64,000 nt of DNA, from positions 653,325 to 717,324 of the forward strand of contig CAVTPJ010000008.1 in the NCBI GenBank assembly GCA_963736645.1. The letters are read 5' to 3'. A program made the position numbers and the translations under genes. Below, piece after piece: positions 1-10,264 of the stretch (positions within the stretch are counted from its first letter, which is position 1; each line of letters begins with the position of its first letter). Origin of the DNA: an uncultured Thermoleophilia bacterium (GTDB lineage: Bacteria > Actinomycetota > Thermoleophilia > UBA2241). Under the pieces are notes generated by a model that was not told the DNA's origin, made no database searches, and was given only the letters and a program-made list of their open reading frames with translations.

Positions 1-51
1 GCCGACTTTCCGCGAGCCCGAGGACGCGGCCGCCGCCGGGGAGGTGCCGCG

Positions 52-1551
52 ATGAACGGCCGTCGCAATGTCGAGCGGGGCACCGCAGGCACACCGCTCA
101 GCGCCTGGGAGCCGGTGATCGGCCTCGAGATGCACGTCGAGCTGGACACGCAGACCAAGATGTTCTGCGGGTGCGCCGTCACCAAGGGCGACGACCCCAA
201 TCTCCACACCTGTCCAGTGTGCCTCGCGCACCCCGGCGCGCTGCCCGTGGTCAACAGGCGCGCCGTCGAGTACGCCGCGAGGATCGCGCTGGCGCTCGAC
301 TGCACCGTGCAGCCGCGCAACATCTTCCACCGCAAGAACTACTTCTATCCGGACCTGCCCAAGGCGTACCAGATCAGCCAGTACGACGAGCCCCTGGCGA
401 CGGACGGCTCGTTCGAGTACTGGGTGGACGGCCAGCTCCTTCGCTGCCGCATCAACCGGGTGCACATGGAGGAGGACGCCGCCAAGCTCGTCCACGCCGG
501 CGGCGACGCCGGCCGCATCGCCGGGTCGGACTACTCCATGGTCGACTTCAACCGCGGCGGCACACCGCTCATCGAGATCGTCACCGAGCCGGACATCCCG
601 TCGCCGGAGGCGGCGCGCGAGTTCCTCCAGCAATTGCGCACTCTCGTCGTCGAGCTGGGCGTGAGCGAGTGCAACATGGAGGAAGGCCAGATCCGCTGGG
701 ACGCCAACATCAGCGTCCGACCGCAGGGGAGTGAGGAGCTGGGGACGCGCACCGAACTCAAGAACATGAACAGCTTCCGCTACCTCCAGCAGGCGCTCGA
801 CGCGGAGATCCCGCGCCAGATCGAGCTCCTGGAGGCGGGCGAGAGGATCGAACAGGAGACGCTTCACTTCGATCCCGACACGGGCACCACGACGCCGCTC
901 CGCAGCAAGGAGGAGGCGCACGACTACCGTTACTTCCCCGAGCCCGACCTGGTGCCGCTCGACATCGACCCGTCATGGGTCGAGGAGCTGCGCGAGACGC
1001 AACCGGAGCTGCCGGCCGCGCGCGTCGGGCGCTTCATGAGCGCCTACGGGCTCTCGCGCGCCGACGCCACCGTGCTGGGCTCCTCCGGCGCGCTCGCGGG
1101 CTTCTACGAGGAAGTCGTCACGGCCGGCGCCGGCGCGAAGCCGGCCGCCAACTGGACGATGGGTGAGTACCTCGCCCACCTCAACGTCGCCGGCCTCGAG
1201 GCCGGCCACGGCCACGTCACCGCCGAGCGCCTCGCGAAGCTGGTCAAGCTCGTCGAGGACGGCGCCGTCTCGACGAGCGCCGGCAAGGAGGTCTTCGCGC
1301 GCATGATCGAGGAGCGCGCCGAGCCGGAGGCGATCGTCGAGAGGCACGGCCTCGGCCAGATCAGCGACACGACGGAGCTCGAGGCGATCGTCACCGAGAT
1401 CGTCGCCGCGAATCCCGCTCAGGTCGAGCAGTACCGCGCCGGCAAGCAGCAGGTCATCGGCTTCTTCGTCGGCCAGGTGATGAAGGCCAGCGGCGGGCGC
1501 GCCAACCCGCAGGTCGTCAACGATCTGCTCAGGCGCGCCCTCGGCTCCTGA
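52..1551 (+). CDS. gatB: Asp-tRNA(Asn)/Glu-tRNA(Gln) amidotransferase subunit B
   Basis: 499-aa ORF with the GatB N-terminal signature (LEMHVELDTQTKMFCGC..NLHTCPVCL) and a conserved C-terminal YqeY-like tail; TGA stop. Confidence 0.9.
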   Translation: MNGRRNVERGTAGTPLSAWEPVIGLEMHVELDTQTKMFCGCAVTKGDDPNLHTCPVCLAHPGALPVVNRRAVEYAARIALALDCTVQPRNIFHRKNYFYPDLPKAYQISQYDEPLATDGSFEYWVDGQLLRCRINRVHMEEDAAKLVHAGGDAGRIAGSDYSMVDFNRGGTPLIEIVTEPDIPSPEAAREFLQQLRTLVVELGVSECNMEEGQIRWDANISVRPQGSEELGTRTELKNMNSFRYLQQALDAEIPRQIELLEAGERIEQETLHFDPDTGTTTPLRSKEEAHDYRYFPEPDLVPLDIDPSWVEELRETQPELPAARVGRFMSAYGLSRADATVLGSSGALAGFYEEVVTAGAGAKPAANWTMGEYLAHLNVAGLEAGHGHVTAERLAKLVKLVEDGAVSTSAGKEVFARMIEERAEPEAIVERHGLGQISDTTELEAIVTEIVAANPAQVEQYRAGKQQVIGFFVGQVMKASGGRANPQVVNDLLRRALGS

Positions 1552-1588
1552 CCGGCCGCACCGTGACCCAGTCCTTCCCTTGAGGTAG

Positions 1589-2857
1589 GTGACCGTGACC
1601 AGCGATCTTTCCAGCTTCATCATCGCCCCCCGGGCCCGGCCGGCGGAGCCGGCGGTCCGCATCGACGACACCACCCTGCGCGACGGCGAGCAGACCGCCG
1701 GCGTGGTGTTCAGCAATCACGAGAAGGTCCGCATCGCCAAGCTGCTCGACGAGGTGGGCGTCCACCAGATCGAGGTGGGCATCCCGGCGATGGGCGGCGA
1801 CGAGAAGAAGACCATCGCCGAGATCGTCGACCTGGGTCTGGACACGTCCATCCTCGCCTGGAACAGGGCCGTGGTGGACGATATCCGGCACTCCGTGGAC
1901 TGCGGCGTCGACTCCGTGGCCATCTCGATGTCGGCGAGCGACATCCACATCGAGCACAAGCTGCAGAAGAGCCGTCAATGGGTGCTCGACCAGATCCGTG
2001 AGTGCGTCGCCTTCGCCAAGGACCGGAACCTCTACGTCTCGGTGAACGCGGAGGACGCCTCGCGCGCCGACCTCGACTTCCTGCTGCGCTTCGGGCAGGC
2101 CGCCAAGGAAGAGGGCGCCGACCGCCTGCGGTTCTGCGACACCCTCGGCATCCTCGACCCCTTCGACACCTACAACGTGATCTCGTTCCTCAAGAAGGAG
2201 GGCGGGCTCGATATCGAGATGCACACGCACGACGACTTCGGCATGGCGACGGCCAACGCCCTGGCGGGCATCAAGGCCGGAGCCACCTATGTGAACACCA
2301 CGGTCAACGGTCTCGGGGAGCGCGCCGGCAACGCCGCCCTCGAGGAGGTCGTGATGGCGCTCAAGTATCTCGGCAAGGTCGACGTCGGCCTGCACACCAG
2401 CCGTTTTCGCGAGCTCAGCGAGTACGTCGCCGCGGCCTCTGCGCGGACGGTCCCCGCGTGGAAGAGCATCGTGGGCACCAACGTCTTCGCCCATGAGAGC
2501 GGCATCCACGCGGACGGCGTCATCAAGAATCCGCTCAACTACGAGGCGTTCGCCCCTGAGGACGTCGGACTCGAGCGCCAGATCGTCGTCGGCAAGCACT
2601 CCGGCACCCGGACCATCTACCGCAAGTTCCAGGAGTTCGGCCTCGAGCTGAACCAGGTCGACTGCGCGGGGGTGCTGGAGCTGGTGCGCAAGACGGCCGT
2701 GGAGCTCAAGCGGGCGCTGTTCGACAAGGAGCTCATGTACATCTATCAGGACTACCTCGCCCGGCTTGGCGACGCCGTGCCGATGGGGAAGGGCGGGGAC
2801 GCAGCGGGATCCGGCGGGGCCACGCAGGCGGCGTCACCGCCAGGAGCCGGGTCGTGA
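1589..2857 (+). CDS. 2-isopropylmalate / citramalate / homocitrate synthase family protein (HMGL-like)
   Basis: TLRDGEQ motif and HxH metal site (EMHTHDDFGMATAN) of the LeuA/CimA/NifV family, short 422-aa archaeal-type form; start is GTG 1589 or GTG 1595; heads the leuC-leuD-leuB cluster. Confidence 0.8.
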   Translation: MTVTSDLSSFIIAPRARPAEPAVRIDDTTLRDGEQTAGVVFSNHEKVRIAKLLDEVGVHQIEVGIPAMGGDEKKTIAEIVDLGLDTSILAWNRAVVDDIRHSVDCGVDSVAISMSASDIHIEHKLQKSRQWVLDQIRECVAFAKDRNLYVSVNAEDASRADLDFLLRFGQAAKEEGADRLRFCDTLGILDPFDTYNVISFLKKEGGLDIEMHTHDDFGMATANALAGIKAGATYVNTTVNGLGERAGNAALEEVVMALKYLGKVDVGLHTSRFRELSEYVAAASARTVPAWKSIVGTNVFAHESGIHADGVIKNPLNYEAFAPEDVGLERQIVVGKHSGTRTIYRKFQEFGLELNQVDCAGVLELVRKTAVELKRALFDKELMYIYQDYLARLGDAVPMGKGGDAAGSGGATQAASPPGAGS

Positions 2858-4110
2858 GCGCGGCGACCCAGGCGGAACTGCTGCTCGCCGCGCACGCGGG
2901 GCTCGACGCCGTCGTCCCGGGGCAGATCGTCGTCTGTGACGTCGACGTCGCCATCGCCCAGGACGGCACCGGGCCGCTCGCCATCCAGCAGATCGAGGAG
3001 CTCGGCGCCGCGACGGTCAAGACGCCCACCTGCGTGTTCTTCATCGACCACGCGGCGCCGGCGCCGCGCAGCGAGCTGGCCAACGCGCACAAGACCATCA
3101 GAGCCTTCTGCGCCTCCTCCGGCGCCACGCTCAGCGACGTCGAGATGGGCGTCTGTCACCAGCGTGTGGCCGAGAGCTTCGCGAAGCCCGGGGACCTCGT
3201 GATCGGCGCCGACTCGCACACCTGTATGGCCGGAGCCCTGGGCGCGTTCGCGACCGGCATGGGGAGCACGGACGTCGCCGTCGGCATGGCGAGCGGCAAG
3301 ACCTGGCTGCGCGTGCCCGAGACGTTCCGCATCGAGGTCTCGGGCGTCCTCGCCGACGGAGTGGAGGCCAAGGACCTGATGCTGACGCTCATCGGCGTGT
3401 TCGGCGCGGACGGCGCCACGTACAGGGCGCTGGAGTTCGGCGGCCCGGGCATCGAGACGCTGCCCATGCCCGGCCGCTTCACGCTCAGCAACATGGCCGT
3501 CGAGGCCGGCGCCAAGTGCGGGCTCATGCCCAGCGACGGGGTGACGCGGGCGTACCTGGCGTCGCAGGGCCGTGAGGGCGACTGGCGTCCGCTGGCCGCC
3601 GATCCCGGCGCCGCCTACGAGCGTGTCGTGGAGTTCGATCTCGCCGGCATCGTGCCGACGGTGGCGAAGCCGCACACGGTGGACAACACGGCGACCGCCG
3701 CGGAGCTCGCCGGCACGGCGGTCGACCAGGTGCTCATCGGCACCTGCACCAACGGCCGCCTCGAGGACCTGCGCTCGGCGGCGCGCATCCTGCGCGGCCG
3801 TCGCCGCGCCCCGGGCACGCGCCTCATCGTGACGCCGGCGTCGCAGACGACTGCACGCGCCGCCGCCGCCGAGGGTCTGCTCGATGTCTTCTGGGACGCC
3901 GGCGCGGTGGTGACCAACCCCGGCTGCGGCGCCTGCGTGGGCATCCACGAGGGCATCCTCGCGGACGGCGAGGTCTGCCTGAGCACGGCCAACCGCAACT
4001 TCCACGGCCGCATGGGCAATCCTGAGGCCTTCATCTATCTGGGCTCGCCGGCCACCGCGGCCGCGACGGCCGTGGCCGGCGAGATCACCGATCCACGCGA
4101 GCTTCTCTAG
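2854..4110 (+). CDS. leuC: 3-isopropylmalate (or homo)aconitase-type dehydratase large subunit
   Basis: 418 aa with aconitase-family Fe-S cysteines ([16 protein letters not shown]), short archaeal-type LeuC; overlaps the upstream stop by 4 nt; ends in TAG. Confidence 0.85.
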   Translation: MSAATQAELLLAAHAGLDAVVPGQIVVCDVDVAIAQDGTGPLAIQQIEELGAATVKTPTCVFFIDHAAPAPRSELANAHKTIRAFCASSGATLSDVEMGVCHQRVAESFAKPGDLVIGADSHTCMAGALGAFATGMGSTDVAVGMASGKTWLRVPETFRIEVSGVLADGVEAKDLMLTLIGVFGADGATYRALEFGGPGIETLPMPGRFTLSNMAVEAGAKCGLMPSDGVTRAYLASQGREGDWRPLAADPGAAYERVVEFDLAGIVPTVAKPHTVDNTATAAELAGTAVDQVLIGTCTNGRLEDLRSAARILRGRRRAPGTRLIVTPASQTTARAAAAEGLLDVFWDAGAVVTNPGCGACVGIHEGILADGEVCLSTANRNFHGRMGNPEAFIYLGSPATAAATAVAGEITDPRELL

Positions 4111-4123
4111 AAAGGAGGCCGTC

Positions 4124-4645
4124 ATGGCCAAGCACTACGGCGGAGCCCCGCCGATGGTCATCGACCCCAGCAAGCGCTACATCGCGACGATCACCACGGA
4201 CAACGGGGACATCGTCATCGAGCTGTTCGCCGACAAGGCTCCGCTCACGGTCAACAACTTCGTCTTTCTCGCCCAGGACGGCTACTACGACGGCGTGACC
4301 TTCCACCGCGTCATCAAGGGCTTCATGGCGCAGGGCGGCGACCCCACCGGCAGCGGCAGCGGCGGTCCCGGCTACCGCTTCGCCGACGAGTTCCACCCTG
4401 CGCTGAAGCACGACGAGCCCGGCATCCTCTCCATGGCCAACGCCGGGCCCGGCACCAACGGCTCGCAGTTCTTCATCACCTACACCGCGACTCCTCACCT
4501 CGACGGGAAGCACACGGTGTTCGGGCGCGTGATCGAGGGCATGGACGTCGTCGACGCGATCCCGGAGCGCGACCCCATGCGCGCCCGGGAGCCCGGCGTC
4601 GCCATGAACTCCGTGACCATCCGTGAGGAGGAGTGGGTGACGTGA
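4124..4645 (+). CDS. ppiB: cyclophilin-type peptidyl-prolyl cis-trans isomerase
   Basis: [32 protein letters not shown] and HTVFG cyclophilin motifs; RBS AAAGGAGG 7 nt upstream of the ATG. Confidence 0.9.
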   Translation: MAKHYGGAPPMVIDPSKRYIATITTDNGDIVIELFADKAPLTVNNFVFLAQDGYYDGVTFHRVIKGFMAQGGDPTGSGSGGPGYRFADEFHPALKHDEPGILSMANAGPGTNGSQFFITYTATPHLDGKHTVFGRVIEGMDVVDAIPERDPMRAREPGVAMNSVTIREEEWVT

Positions 4646-5214
4646 ACAGCCTCCGTAGGGACGCTGTCGAGGGGGGCGCCGGAGGGACAACGCTCCGCGA
4701 CGACCCCCTGCGCGGCCGGGCGTGGCTGTTCGGCGACGACATCAGCACCGACCACATCGCACCCGGCCGCTTGTTCCACCTGCGCACCGACCTGCCCGCG
4801 CTCGCCACGCACGTGCTCGAGGACGCGCGACCGGAGTTCGCCGGCGAGATGAGCCCGGGCGACTTCGTCGTCGGCGGCCGCAACTTCGGCCTGGGCTCGA
4901 GCCGCGAGCATGCCCCGCGCATCATCAAGATCGCCGGCGTCGGCGCGGTGCTCGCACAGAGCTTCGCGCGCATCTTCTTCCGCAACGCCGTCAACGTCGG
5001 CCTGCCGGTGCTGCAGTGCGACACGTCGGGCATCGGCGAGCACGACGAGCTCGACGTGGACCTTGTCGGCGGCGAGGTCCGTGACCTCACCACCGGAGCC
5101 GTGATCCCGTTCGTGCCGCTGCCGCCGGTGATGGTGACCATCCTGAACGACGGCGGTCTCGTCGCCCACTTCAGGAAGCACGGCGGCTTCGCGCTCCCGG
5201 GAGGACCAGCATGA
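4633..5214 (+). CDS. leuD: 3-isopropylmalate dehydratase small subunit
   Basis: LeuD/aconitase swivel-domain motifs ([28 protein letters not shown]); GTG start overlaps the ppiB stop. Confidence 0.85.
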   Translation: MGDVNSLRRDAVEGGAGGTTLRDDPLRGRAWLFGDDISTDHIAPGRLFHLRTDLPALATHVLEDARPEFAGEMSPGDFVVGGRNFGLGSSREHAPRIIKIAGVGAVLAQSFARIFFRNAVNVGLPVLQCDTSGIGEHDELDVDLVGGEVRDLTTGAVIPFVPLPPVMVTILNDGGLVAHFRKHGGFALPGGPA

Positions 5215-6215
5215 CCTACACCGTGACGCTCGTCCCCGGTGACGGCACCGGCCCCGAGCTGGCCGCCGCCCTCGAGACCGTCATCGCCGCCACCGGCGTC
5301 CCCATCGTCTGGGAGGTGCACGACGCCGGTCTCGACGTGATGGAGGAGTGGGGTACGCCGCTGCCGCAGCACGTCATCGACTCGATCCGCCGGACCAAAG
5401 TGGCGATCAAGGGGCCGATCACGACGCCGGTCGGCAAGGGCTTTCGCAGTGTCAACGTGGCATTGCGCAAGGAGCTCGACCTGTTCGCCTGCCTGCGTCC
5501 CTCCAAGACGATGAAGGGCGTGCGCACCCGCTTCGAGGACATCGACCTCGTCGTCGTGCGCGAGAACACCGAGGACCTCTACGCCGGCATCGAGCACATG
5601 GTCGGTGACGACGCCGCGGAGAGCATCAAGATCATCACGCGCAAGGGCAGCGAGCGCATCGTGCGTTTCGCCTTCGACTACGCGCGCCGACACGGCAGGG
5701 GCAAGGTGACCGCCGTGCACAAGGCCAACATCATGAAGTGCACCGACGGGCTGTTCCTGTCGGTCGCCCGCGACGTCGCCCAGGCGTATCCGGACATCGA
5801 GTTCGAGGACCGCATCGTCGACAACATGTGCATGCAGCTGGTGCAGAAGCCGGAGCTGTACGACGTGCTGGTGATGCCGAACCTGTACGGCGACATCATC
5901 AGCGACCTCTGCGCCGGGCTGATCGGCGGCCTCGGCGTGGCGCCCGGCGCCAACATCGGCGCTGATGCGGCCGTGTTCGAGCCCGTGCACGGCAGCGCGC
6001 CCAAGTACGCGGGGCAGGACAAGGTGAATCCCACGGCGCTGCTCCGCTCAGGCGTGCTGCTGCTCGAACATCTCGGCGAGGACGCGTCGGCGCGGCGGAT
6101 GGAAGACGCCATCGCCGCCGTCATCGCCGAGGGCAAGGACGTGACCTACGACCTCGGCGGCTCTGCGGGCACGGCCGGCATGGCCGCCGCCATCGCTCGC
6201 CGGATCGCCGGCTGA
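5211..6215 (+). CDS. leuB: 3-isopropylmalate / homoisocitrate dehydrogenase family
   Basis: 334 aa isocitrate/isopropylmalate dehydrogenase fold ([19 protein letters not shown]); too short for IDH, so short LeuB or Thermus-type HICDH. Confidence 0.8.
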   Translation: MTYTVTLVPGDGTGPELAAALETVIAATGVPIVWEVHDAGLDVMEEWGTPLPQHVIDSIRRTKVAIKGPITTPVGKGFRSVNVALRKELDLFACLRPSKTMKGVRTRFEDIDLVVVRENTEDLYAGIEHMVGDDAAESIKIITRKGSERIVRFAFDYARRHGRGKVTAVHKANIMKCTDGLFLSVARDVAQAYPDIEFEDRIVDNMCMQLVQKPELYDVLVMPNLYGDIISDLCAGLIGGLGVAPGANIGADAAVFEPVHGSAPKYAGQDKVNPTALLRSGVLLLEHLGEDASARRMEDAIAAVIAEGKDVTYDLGGSAGTAGMAAAIARRIAG

Positions 6216-6278
6216 CGGCCGGCCCCGCGGCTGCCGCCCGCGCGGCGGCCGCTCCGCCGGCCCGGGAGGAGGCCCCTC

Positions 6279-6578
6279 GTGGAAGAAGAGGAACGCCACA
6301 TCAACCTGCACGCCACGCCCGAGATGATGGCGGGGGTGTACGCGAACTTCGCCAACGTCAGCCACTCGGACTACGAGTTCTCCATCACCTTCGTGCGGCT
6401 GGATCACGAGAGCGAGGAGCCCGGCGAGATGAACGGCGTCGTCGTGAGCCGCGTGAGCCTCTCGCCGCGCTTCATGAAGGAGCTTCTCGACGCTATGGGT
6501 GACAACTACAGCAAGTGGCTTCAGGCGGAGAACATCAAGAACCTGCCGGAGGCCCCCGGCCACGATCAGTCCGCGTAG
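6279..6578 (+). CDS. DUF3467-like small protein
   Basis: 99-aa ORF, YANFANVSHSDYEFSITF motif typical of DUF3467; TAG stop. Confidence 0.5.
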   Translation: MEEEERHINLHATPEMMAGVYANFANVSHSDYEFSITFVRLDHESEEPGEMNGVVVSRVSLSPRFMKELLDAMGDNYSKWLQAENIKNLPEAPGHDQSA

Positions 6579-6697
6579 TCACGGAGGTCGCGGTCACGAA
6601 CGCGCGCTCCCGGCAGCGCCTCGCGTCTGCGCCAGAATGGCCAAGCGGCGCCGACTTTCGGCTCCGTTTTGCCCTGCAAGCAGCGCGTTTCGCAGCA

Positions 6698-6726
6698 TTG
6701 CCGCGCCGCTCGCCGTTGGCTAGAAT
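6698..6726 (+). promoter_or_regulatory. putative sigma-70-type promoter (TTGCCG-17-TAGAAT) upstream of the aor operon
   Basis: -35 TTGCCG (6698-6703) and -10 TAGAAT (6721-6726) spaced 17 nt, about 100 nt upstream of the aor start. Confidence 0.3.
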
Positions 6727-6824
6727 AGCCGGGCCTGTACTCCCACCGTTCCCGTATCGCCCGGGGTTGGACTGACGGCGCGCGGGGCGTTGGCGATTTC
6801 GTCGCACGTCTTCAGGAGGACGCA

Positions 6825-8615
6825 TTGGACTTCTACCAAGGCAAAGTGCTCAGGATCGACCTGAGCGCGGGCACCTCCGCCGTCGAGCCGCTCAACATGG
6901 AGTGGGCCGAGAAGTACATCGGCGGCAAGGGCCTGCTCCTGCGCTACATGTGGGAGGAGATCCCGCAAGGTCTCGACCCCTGGTCCGAGGACAATCCCGT
7001 CTTCCTCGTCACGGGGCCGTTCGCCGGCACCAACGTCAGCACGTCGTCGCGCCTCATCGTGGGCTGCAAGAGCCCGGTGACCGGGGTGCTCAACGACAGC
7101 TACGTGGGCGGCTCGTTCGCGCCCGAGATGAAGTTCGCCGGCTACGACATGATCATCATCACCGGGCGCGCTCCGCAGCCGACCGTGGTGACCATCAAGG
7201 ACGACGTGGTCGAGTTCCGGCCGGCGCAGCCCAAGTACTGGGGCATGAAGACCTCCGAGATCGAGCAGACGCTTCGCGAGGACTTCGACGAGAACGCCAA
7301 GGTGCTCTCCATCGGGCCGGCCGGCGAGAAGAAGGTCCCGTGGGCCTGCGTCTCCACCGACCAGTACCACAAGGCCGGACGTGGCGGTCACGGCGCGCTC
7401 CTGGGCGACAAGAACCTCAAGGCCGTCGCCATCCGCGGCACCGGCTCGGTGAGCGTCGGCGACGCCAAGGCGTTTCTCGCCGACATCTGGCGCATCCATG
7501 ACGAGCACGTCCTCACCGACGACAACTACTGGGTCCACGAAGAGGGCACGCCGATCCTCGTCGACCTCGTCAACGGCGCCGGCGCGTTCCCCACGCGCAA
7601 CTGGTCCGAGGGCGAGTTCGAGGACGCCGGCAACATCAACTCGGAGTCGTTCCAGAAGATCCGCATCAAGAAGCGCGCCTGCTACCAGTGCGCCATCGCC
7701 TGCCGCAACGTGCACAGCGTCGAGCTCGACGGCAAGACGGTCATGGGCGAGGGTCCGGAGTACGAGACCATCGCCCTCTGCGGCGCCAACTGCGGCATCG
7801 GCGACATCGCCGCGCTGGTCAAGTTCAACGAGCTGTGCGACGAGTGGGGCATGGACACCATCTCCTCGGGGTCGGTCCTCGGCCTCGCCATGGACCTCAC
7901 CGAGAAGGGCATCAAGGACTTCGGCGTGCGCTTCGGCGACGTGGAGAGCTATCTGGGCGCGCCCGAGCTCATGGCCACCCGCACCGGCGTCGGCGAGGAG
8001 CTCGCGCTCGGCTCGAAGCATCTGGCCGAGAAGTACGGCGCGCCCGAGCTGGCCATGGAAGTCAAGAACCTCGAGCTGCCGGGCTACGACCCGCGCGGCA
8101 CGTTCGGGATGAGCCTGTCGTACTCGACCTCCGACCGCGGCGGCTGCCACATGCGCTCGTATCCGGTCGGCGACGAGATCATCACCGGCGACGAGCCCGC
8201 CGACACCATGGAGGGCAAGGCCATCTACAACATCAACGGCCAGAACTTCTCCTCCATGAAATACCTCGGCATCTGGTGCGACTTCTGGGCGATCGACCTC
8301 AACCAGATGAGCCAGCTGTTCAAGCACGTCTGGAAGCGGGAGGTCACGGAGGAAGAGCTCGCGCTGGCCGGCGAGCGCGTCTGGAACCTCGGTCGCCTCT
8401 TCAATCTGCGCGAGGGCATGACGGCCGCCGACGACTACCTGCCCGAGCTGCTGCTCACCAGGCCGCACAAGAAGGGCCCCTCGGCCGGGCGGCTCATCGG
8501 CAAGGAGACCTTCGCCGAGAAGACGCAGGAGTACTACCAGCTCCGCGGCTGGGACGAGAACGGGGTCCCCACCGAAGAAAAACTCGCCGAGCTCGGCGTC
8601 GACGTCCGCCTCTAG
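6825..8615 (+). CDS. aor: tungsten-containing aldehyde:ferredoxin oxidoreductase
   Basis: 596 aa, AOR N- and C-domain motifs (Fe-S Cys ligands CYQCAIAC, pterin-binding GxxxDRGGCH..), full length; TAG stop. Confidence 0.9.
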   Translation: MDFYQGKVLRIDLSAGTSAVEPLNMEWAEKYIGGKGLLLRYMWEEIPQGLDPWSEDNPVFLVTGPFAGTNVSTSSRLIVGCKSPVTGVLNDSYVGGSFAPEMKFAGYDMIIITGRAPQPTVVTIKDDVVEFRPAQPKYWGMKTSEIEQTLREDFDENAKVLSIGPAGEKKVPWACVSTDQYHKAGRGGHGALLGDKNLKAVAIRGTGSVSVGDAKAFLADIWRIHDEHVLTDDNYWVHEEGTPILVDLVNGAGAFPTRNWSEGEFEDAGNINSESFQKIRIKKRACYQCAIACRNVHSVELDGKTVMGEGPEYETIALCGANCGIGDIAALVKFNELCDEWGMDTISSGSVLGLAMDLTEKGIKDFGVRFGDVESYLGAPELMATRTGVGEELALGSKHLAEKYGAPELAMEVKNLELPGYDPRGTFGMSLSYSTSDRGGCHMRSYPVGDEIITGDEPADTMEGKAIYNINGQNFSSMKYLGIWCDFWAIDLNQMSQLFKHVWKREVTEEELALAGERVWNLGRLFNLREGMTAADDYLPELLLTRPHKKGPSAGRLIGKETFAEKTQEYYQLRGWDENGVPTEEKLAELGVDVRL

Positions 8616-8627
8616 GAAGGGAATCCG

Positions 8628-9128
8628 ATGCCCCACGTGATGATCAGCAGGAAGAAGTGCACCGGGTGCCACATGTGCGAGCTGGCGTGCTCGGCCTACC
8701 ACGAAGGCGCCTACCGGCCGTCGGTCGCGCGGCTCTTCTCCGAGTGCAACCCCACCACCGCCGAGATCAAGGGGCACACGTGCCTCCAGACCGGTTGCGC
8801 CAAGTGTCAGGAGGCCTGTCCCAACGACGCCATCGTGACCAAGCGGATCACGGTGACGCCCAAGGGCTTCTTCGAGAGCAAGGAGAAGGTCGGGGACTCC
8901 GTCGAGGGCTTCGTGCTCGTCGTCGACGAGGACAAGTGCACCAACTGCGGCGAGTGCTACGAGGTGTGCCCCACAGACGTCATCCACCAGCACCCGGACC
9001 GCGAGGTCGCCTTCAAGTGCGACCTCTGCGACGGCGAGCCCCAGTGCATCGCCTTCTGCCAGAACAAGTACGTCTTCGCCGTCGATCTCAAGGTCGACAA
9101 GAAGGACAAGGAACTGGCGAGGGCGTGA
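8628..9128 (+). CDS. 4x[4Fe-4S] polyferredoxin, AOR electron-transfer subunit (AorA-like)
   Basis: Four Cys clusters (CTGCHMCELAC, CLQTGCAKCQEACP, CTNCGECYEVCP, CDLCDGEPQCIAFC); 12 nt after aor. Confidence 0.8.
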   Translation: MPHVMISRKKCTGCHMCELACSAYHEGAYRPSVARLFSECNPTTAEIKGHTCLQTGCAKCQEACPNDAIVTKRITVTPKGFFESKEKVGDSVEGFVLVVDEDKCTNCGECYEVCPTDVIHQHPDREVAFKCDLCDGEPQCIAFCQNKYVFAVDLKVDKKDKELARA

Positions 9129-9130
9129 GC

Positions 9131-9400
9131 ATGGCGAAGGTCTCTGTCAAGCTCCCGGCCGGCACGGTGACCGCAAGCGGCCGCGCTGAGGTCGAGGTGG
9201 AGGCCGCCACGGTGCAGGAGGCCCTGGACAAGGCCATCGAGCTCGAACCGGGTACCCGCTCGCGTATCTACCGCGAGGACGGGCGTATGTACGCGGGCGT
9301 CTTCGTCGGCGGCCGCAACATCAAGCTCGCCGGCGGCCTTGAGGCCCGGCTCAAGGACGGCGACGTCCTCCGCATCGTGCCGCCCATCTCGGGCGGCTGA
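9131..9400 (+). CDS. MoaD/ThiS-family sulfur-carrier protein (C-terminal GG)
   Basis: 89-aa ORF starting at ATG 9131, 2 nt after the ferredoxin stop, ending ...RIVPPISGG*; lies inside a longer out-of-context track ORF (7688..9400). Confidence 0.7.
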   Translation: MAKVSVKLPAGTVTASGRAEVEVEAATVQEALDKAIELEPGTRSRIYREDGRMYAGVFVGGRNIKLAGGLEARLKDGDVLRIVPPISGG

Positions 9401-9490
9401 CCGGACGCGGCAGCTCCGGACGAGGGGGTAGGGGGCGGGGCGGGGGCTCGTGAGGAGCGCCCGCCCCGTCCCCGTTGGTAGACTGGGGCC

Positions 9491-10153
9491 ATGGACCAGC
9501 GCGGCCACAGATCCAGGCTCGAGCTGACCGGATTCGCCGACGCCGTGCACGGCCGGGCGAGCGTGCGCCGCTATCGCCCGGACCCGCTGCCGCGCGAGGA
9601 CGTGGCCGCCATGGTCGGCGTCGCCGTCCGGGCGGCCAACGCCGGCAACGCGCAGATGTGGCGCTTCGTCGCCGTGGAGGACGCGGGCCTGCGCGCGGCG
9701 ATGAGAGACGCCGTGGACGAGGCGCTCGACGTCATGGCGGCGTGGCCTGAGGCCGAGGACATGCAGAAGCGGCTGAAGGCGTATCGTGCCTACTCGACCT
9801 TCTTCGCCGAGGCGCCGCTCGTCATGGCCGTCTTCGGCCTCCCCTACGGCTCGATCGCGGACGAGCTGCTCGTCGAGCGTGGGACCTCTCGGGAAGAATG
9901 CGACCGGCTGCGTGCCCGCCCCGACCTGCAGAGCATCGGCGCCGCGGTGCAGCTGCTGTGCACGGCGGCGCACGCCATGGGCTACGGCTCGTGCTGGATG
10001 ACCGCGCCGGTCCTCGCCGCGCCGGCTATCGAGGCGCTGCTCGGGGTGGAGCCCCCGGCGACGCTGGTCGCGGTCGTCCCGATCGGCCTGCCGGCCTCTC
10101 CTCCGCGGCCGTCCACGCGTCGCCCGGTCGAGGACGTCCTCGAGTTCCGGTGA
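9491..10153 (+). CDS. nitroreductase family protein
   Basis: 220 aa, nitroreductase fold motifs (SVRRYRPDPLP, QMWRFVAVED, GYGSCWMT). Confidence 0.75.
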   Translation: MDQRGHRSRLELTGFADAVHGRASVRRYRPDPLPREDVAAMVGVAVRAANAGNAQMWRFVAVEDAGLRAAMRDAVDEALDVMAAWPEAEDMQKRLKAYRAYSTFFAEAPLVMAVFGLPYGSIADELLVERGTSREECDRLRARPDLQSIGAAVQLLCTAAHAMGYGSCWMTAPVLAAPAIEALLGVEPPATLVAVVPIGLPASPPRPSTRRPVEDVLEFR

Positions 10154-10264
10154 GCGCGCCGGTGCGCTTGCCGCCCCGCCCCGCCCCTCGGTACACTCGC
10201 GGGACGCGGCGCCGCGGCGCCGCCCGTACTCCCCAGCGGCCACAGTGAACGGGAGGAGCGTGCT

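Noticed and set aside
6720-8993. Very long antisense ORFs opposite real genes (for example 6720..8993 -, 8957..10780 -, 2752..4131 -, 4476..5990 -, 21125..22675 -, 22996..24594 -, 26446..28107 -, 28023..30011 -, 39989..41344 -, 42014..43660 -, 44177..45607 -, 45555..47123 -, 46807..48348 -, 48092..49495 -, 49536..51476 -, 52300..53628 -, 53376..54704 -, 55210..56985 -, 59000..61918 -)
   Set aside because: Translations are Arg/Ala/Gly/Pro-rich with no domain signatures and lie exactly antisense to well-supported genes. They are the typical stop-codon-poor alternative frames of a 72% GC genome.
7688-9400. 570-aa plus-strand ORF spanning aor and the ferredoxin in another frame
   Set aside because: Only its last 89 codons (from ATG 9131) are real, namely the MoaD-like gene. 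The remainder is an Arg-rich out-of-frame artefact overlapping two confirmed genes.
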